From Desulfuromonadales bacterium (GTDB taxonomy: Bacteria; Desulfobacterota; Desulfuromonadia; Desulfuromonadales; SZUA-540): a stretch of 42,158 nucleotides of DNA. The notes under the pieces are model-generated. The model had not been told where the DNA came from. It made no database searches and saw nothing but the letters and a program-made list of their open reading frames with translations. This document shows positions 40,227-42,158 of this stretch, piece by piece; position 1 is the first letter of the stretch, and the number at the start of each line of letters is the position of its first letter. Position numbers and translations under genes: made by a program. The stretch spans positions 1 through 42,158 of the forward strand of contig JAWSUS010000026.1 in NCBI GenBank assembly GCA_033549025.1. The letters are read 5' to 3'.

Positions 40227-40301
40227 GTGGTTCAATGAGAAGGATGGTAGAGGCGTAGGGGAAAACAAAAAATGGAAGGGACTGAATCGTCTGGGATAGG
40301 A

Positions 40302-41657
40302 TCAGGCGAGAATATGATAGTCGCTTAGGCGCTTGTAAAGGGCTTTGCGTGAGAGACCGAGCATTTTAGCGGCCTTGGACTTGTTGCCCTTACAGGCATC
40401 CAGCGCCTCGACAATAGCCCTTGCCTCCATCTCCTTAATTGTTTGGGTCGGCTCCGCTTTTTCATGAGTGGACTGCGGTGCAAAGAGATCCTCAGGCAGT
40501 TCCTGAAGGGTAATTTCTCTTCCCCGTGCCAGAACGACAGCACGCTCAACGACGTTGCGTAATTGGCGGATGTTTCCGGGCCAGCTGTAGCTTTGAAACA
40601 CCTCGAGTACACGTTCGGATAGAGCGAGTAACTTGTTCTCCCGGCGGCAGAATTCCTTGACAAATGACGCTGACAGAATGGGGATATCCGAACGTCGCTG
40701 ACGCAGAGAGGGAACTTTTATCTGCACGACGTTGATGCGGTAGAACAGGTCTTCGCGAAAATGTCCTCTTTTAACTTCCTCTTCAAGATCGCGATTGGTG
40801 GAGGAAATCAGGCGAAAATCGACAGAAACTCTTTTGTTGCTGCCCAGCATGTCAACTTCCTTTTCCTGCAGGACTCTCAGAAGCTTGGCCTGCACGGAAA
40901 GATCGAGTTCCCCTATTTCATCAAGAAACAGGGTTCCCCCGGAAGCCTGTTCGACACGACCGACGCGTCGATTCGAGGCGCCGGTGAAAGCGCCTTTTTC
41001 ATGGCCGAACAGCTCGGATTCGATCAGGTCTTTGGGGATGGCTGCACAGTTGACGGCAACAAAGGGTTTTGTGCCTCTCTTGCCCTCAAAGTGCAAGGCC
41101 CGGGCGACCAGTTCCTTGCCTGTCCCCGTTTCACCGGTGATCAGCACGCTGCTTTCCGAATCCTTGATCGATTTGATGGTTTCAAAAATTCGCTGGATTT
41201 CGGGGTGCCGGCCGATAATTCGGTACTTTTGATTTTCTTCGCCGAGCTGTTCCCGCAACAGGTGGAGTTCGCGTTTAAGACGGCGCTGATCCACCGCCCG
41301 GGACAGAATGCCTTTGAGATCCGTGTAGTTGGGAGGTTTGACGAAATAGTAGAAGGCCCCCTTGGTCATGGCGCTGACGGCGGACTCTACGTCACCGTAG
41401 GCGGTGAGGAACATAACGGGGATATCGGGGTAGTGCTCACTGATATAGTCGTGGAGTTCGATGCCGTCTTCTTCGGGCATCCGGACATCGCTGATCACCA
41501 CATCGATATCCAGTGACCGTAAAAGTGTTTTGGCATCCCTGGCACACTCGGCCTCTGCCACCTGGTATCCGGCCTCACTGAGGATGGCCGAAAGAACCCT
41601 GCGGGCATTGGCCTCGTCGTCAACCACCAGAATATGTCCGCAGGACTCTTCGCTCAT
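40302..41657 (-). CDS. Sigma-54-dependent NtrC-family response regulator
   Basis: Receiver (VVDD, SDVRMP, KP), GETGTGKE, GAFTGA, LFLDEI, WPGNIR, Fis-type HTH. Confidence 0.95.
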   Translation of the reverse strand: MSEESCGHILVVDDEANARRVLSAILSEAGYQVAEAECARDAKTLLRSLDIDVVISDVRMPEEDGIELHDYISEHYPDIPVMFLTAYGDVESAVSAMTKGAFYYFVKPPNYTDLKGILSRAVDQRRLKRELHLLREQLGEENQKYRIIGRHPEIQRIFETIKSIKDSESSVLITGETGTGKELVARALHFEGKRGTKPFVAVNCAAIPKDLIESELFGHEKGAFTGASNRRVGRVEQASGGTLFLDEIGELDLSVQAKLLRVLQEKEVDMLGSNKRVSVDFRLISSTNRDLEEEVKRGHFREDLFYRINVVQIKVPSLRQRRSDIPILSASFVKEFCRRENKLLALSERVLEVFQSYSWPGNIRQLRNVVERAVVLARGREITLQELPEDLFAPQSTHEKAEPTQTIKEMEARAIVEALDACKGNKSKAAKMLGLSRKALYKRLSDYHILA

Positions 41658-41661
41658 TTAA

Positions 41662-42082
41662 TCACTCACCGACTTCCATGGGGAAACCCATTTTGACCGA
41701 GGTCCCTTTGGGCGTAAGACGTTGAATATCAAGAAAACCGCCATGGCACTGCATGGCTTCGAGGGTCAGAAAAAGGCCAAAGCCCTTCCCTGACTTGCTG
41801 GCGGTCGAGGTTTGGGGCCGCGCAAGGGAGTTGATAATCTCTGTCGGCAGGCCGGGGCCATCATCAATAACCTCGACCACCGCAAACTCACCATCGCTTC
41901 TTTTCTCGCGCCGGCTCTCCACAGAGACGCTTCCCCCCTCATGCTTGAGTACGGCAATGGCGTTATTGACGACATTGAGAATAGCGTGCTCCACCTGAAA
42001 AGGATTCAAACGCAGTGCGCCCACGTCCCCGTAGTGAAAGGACAAAGTCACAGGCATGGACGAAGTCTGCAGAGAGGTAAAG
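41662..42082 (-). pseudogene. 3' fragment of a sensor histidine kinase (HATPase_c only), interrupted at the IS-like end
   Basis: N box NVVNNA, G1 DDGPG, G2 GKGFGL. The frame is open up to the repeat junction at 42082/42083. No H-box or sensor domain is present. Confidence 0.8.
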
Positions 42083-42158
42083 TGTAAGAAATTGACGCGT
42101 TGTTTACAGAATCCGATAATATCGAGGGGAGGATTTTGTAAACATGGTCATGCACAAA
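42083..42158 (+). mobile_element. Probable insertion-sequence left end (partial)
   Basis: Starts TGTAAG. TTGACG (42092-42097), 17-bp spacer, GATAAT (42115-42120), GGAGG (42128-42132), ATG 42144. Identical inverted copy at 1-76. Confidence 0.75.

Noticed and set aside
40302..42082. Naming the two-component pair prsR/prsK
   Set aside because: Only generic NtrC-family and HATPase motifs are visible. Orthology cannot be established without an HMM search.

Overview
A 42-kb segment, with every supported gene on the minus strand, holding an exosortase A (PEP-CTERM/XrtA-type) exopolysaccharide locus. The gene order suggests a Desulfuromonadales/Geobacter-like host (inference). In transcription order (right to left): truncated histidine kinase, sigma-54 NtrC-type response regulator, degenerate receiver, PrsT, priming sugar transferase, Wza-like export protein, chain-length determinant, tyrosine autokinase, beta-barrel, ExeA-like ATPase, an AsnB-NadE-ACP-acyl ligase cassette, deacetylase, exosortase and EpsI. 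These are followed by a variable block of glycosyltransferases, flippase, polymerase and many tailoring enzymes, ending in a secreted beta-sandwich protein. Two non-coding features stand out. (1) The first and last 76 bp are a perfect inverted repeat that looks like an IS left end (sigma-70 promoter, RBS-sequestering hairpin, start codon), and the right copy cuts the kinase gene. (2) Two sigma-54 promoters 13 kb apart share an enhancer layout of three 17-bp TGTDTC-N5-GAHACA boxes spaced 33 and 51 bp apart plus an IHF-like site, offset by exactly 10 bp. A third sigma-54 promoter without these boxes precedes the last gene.
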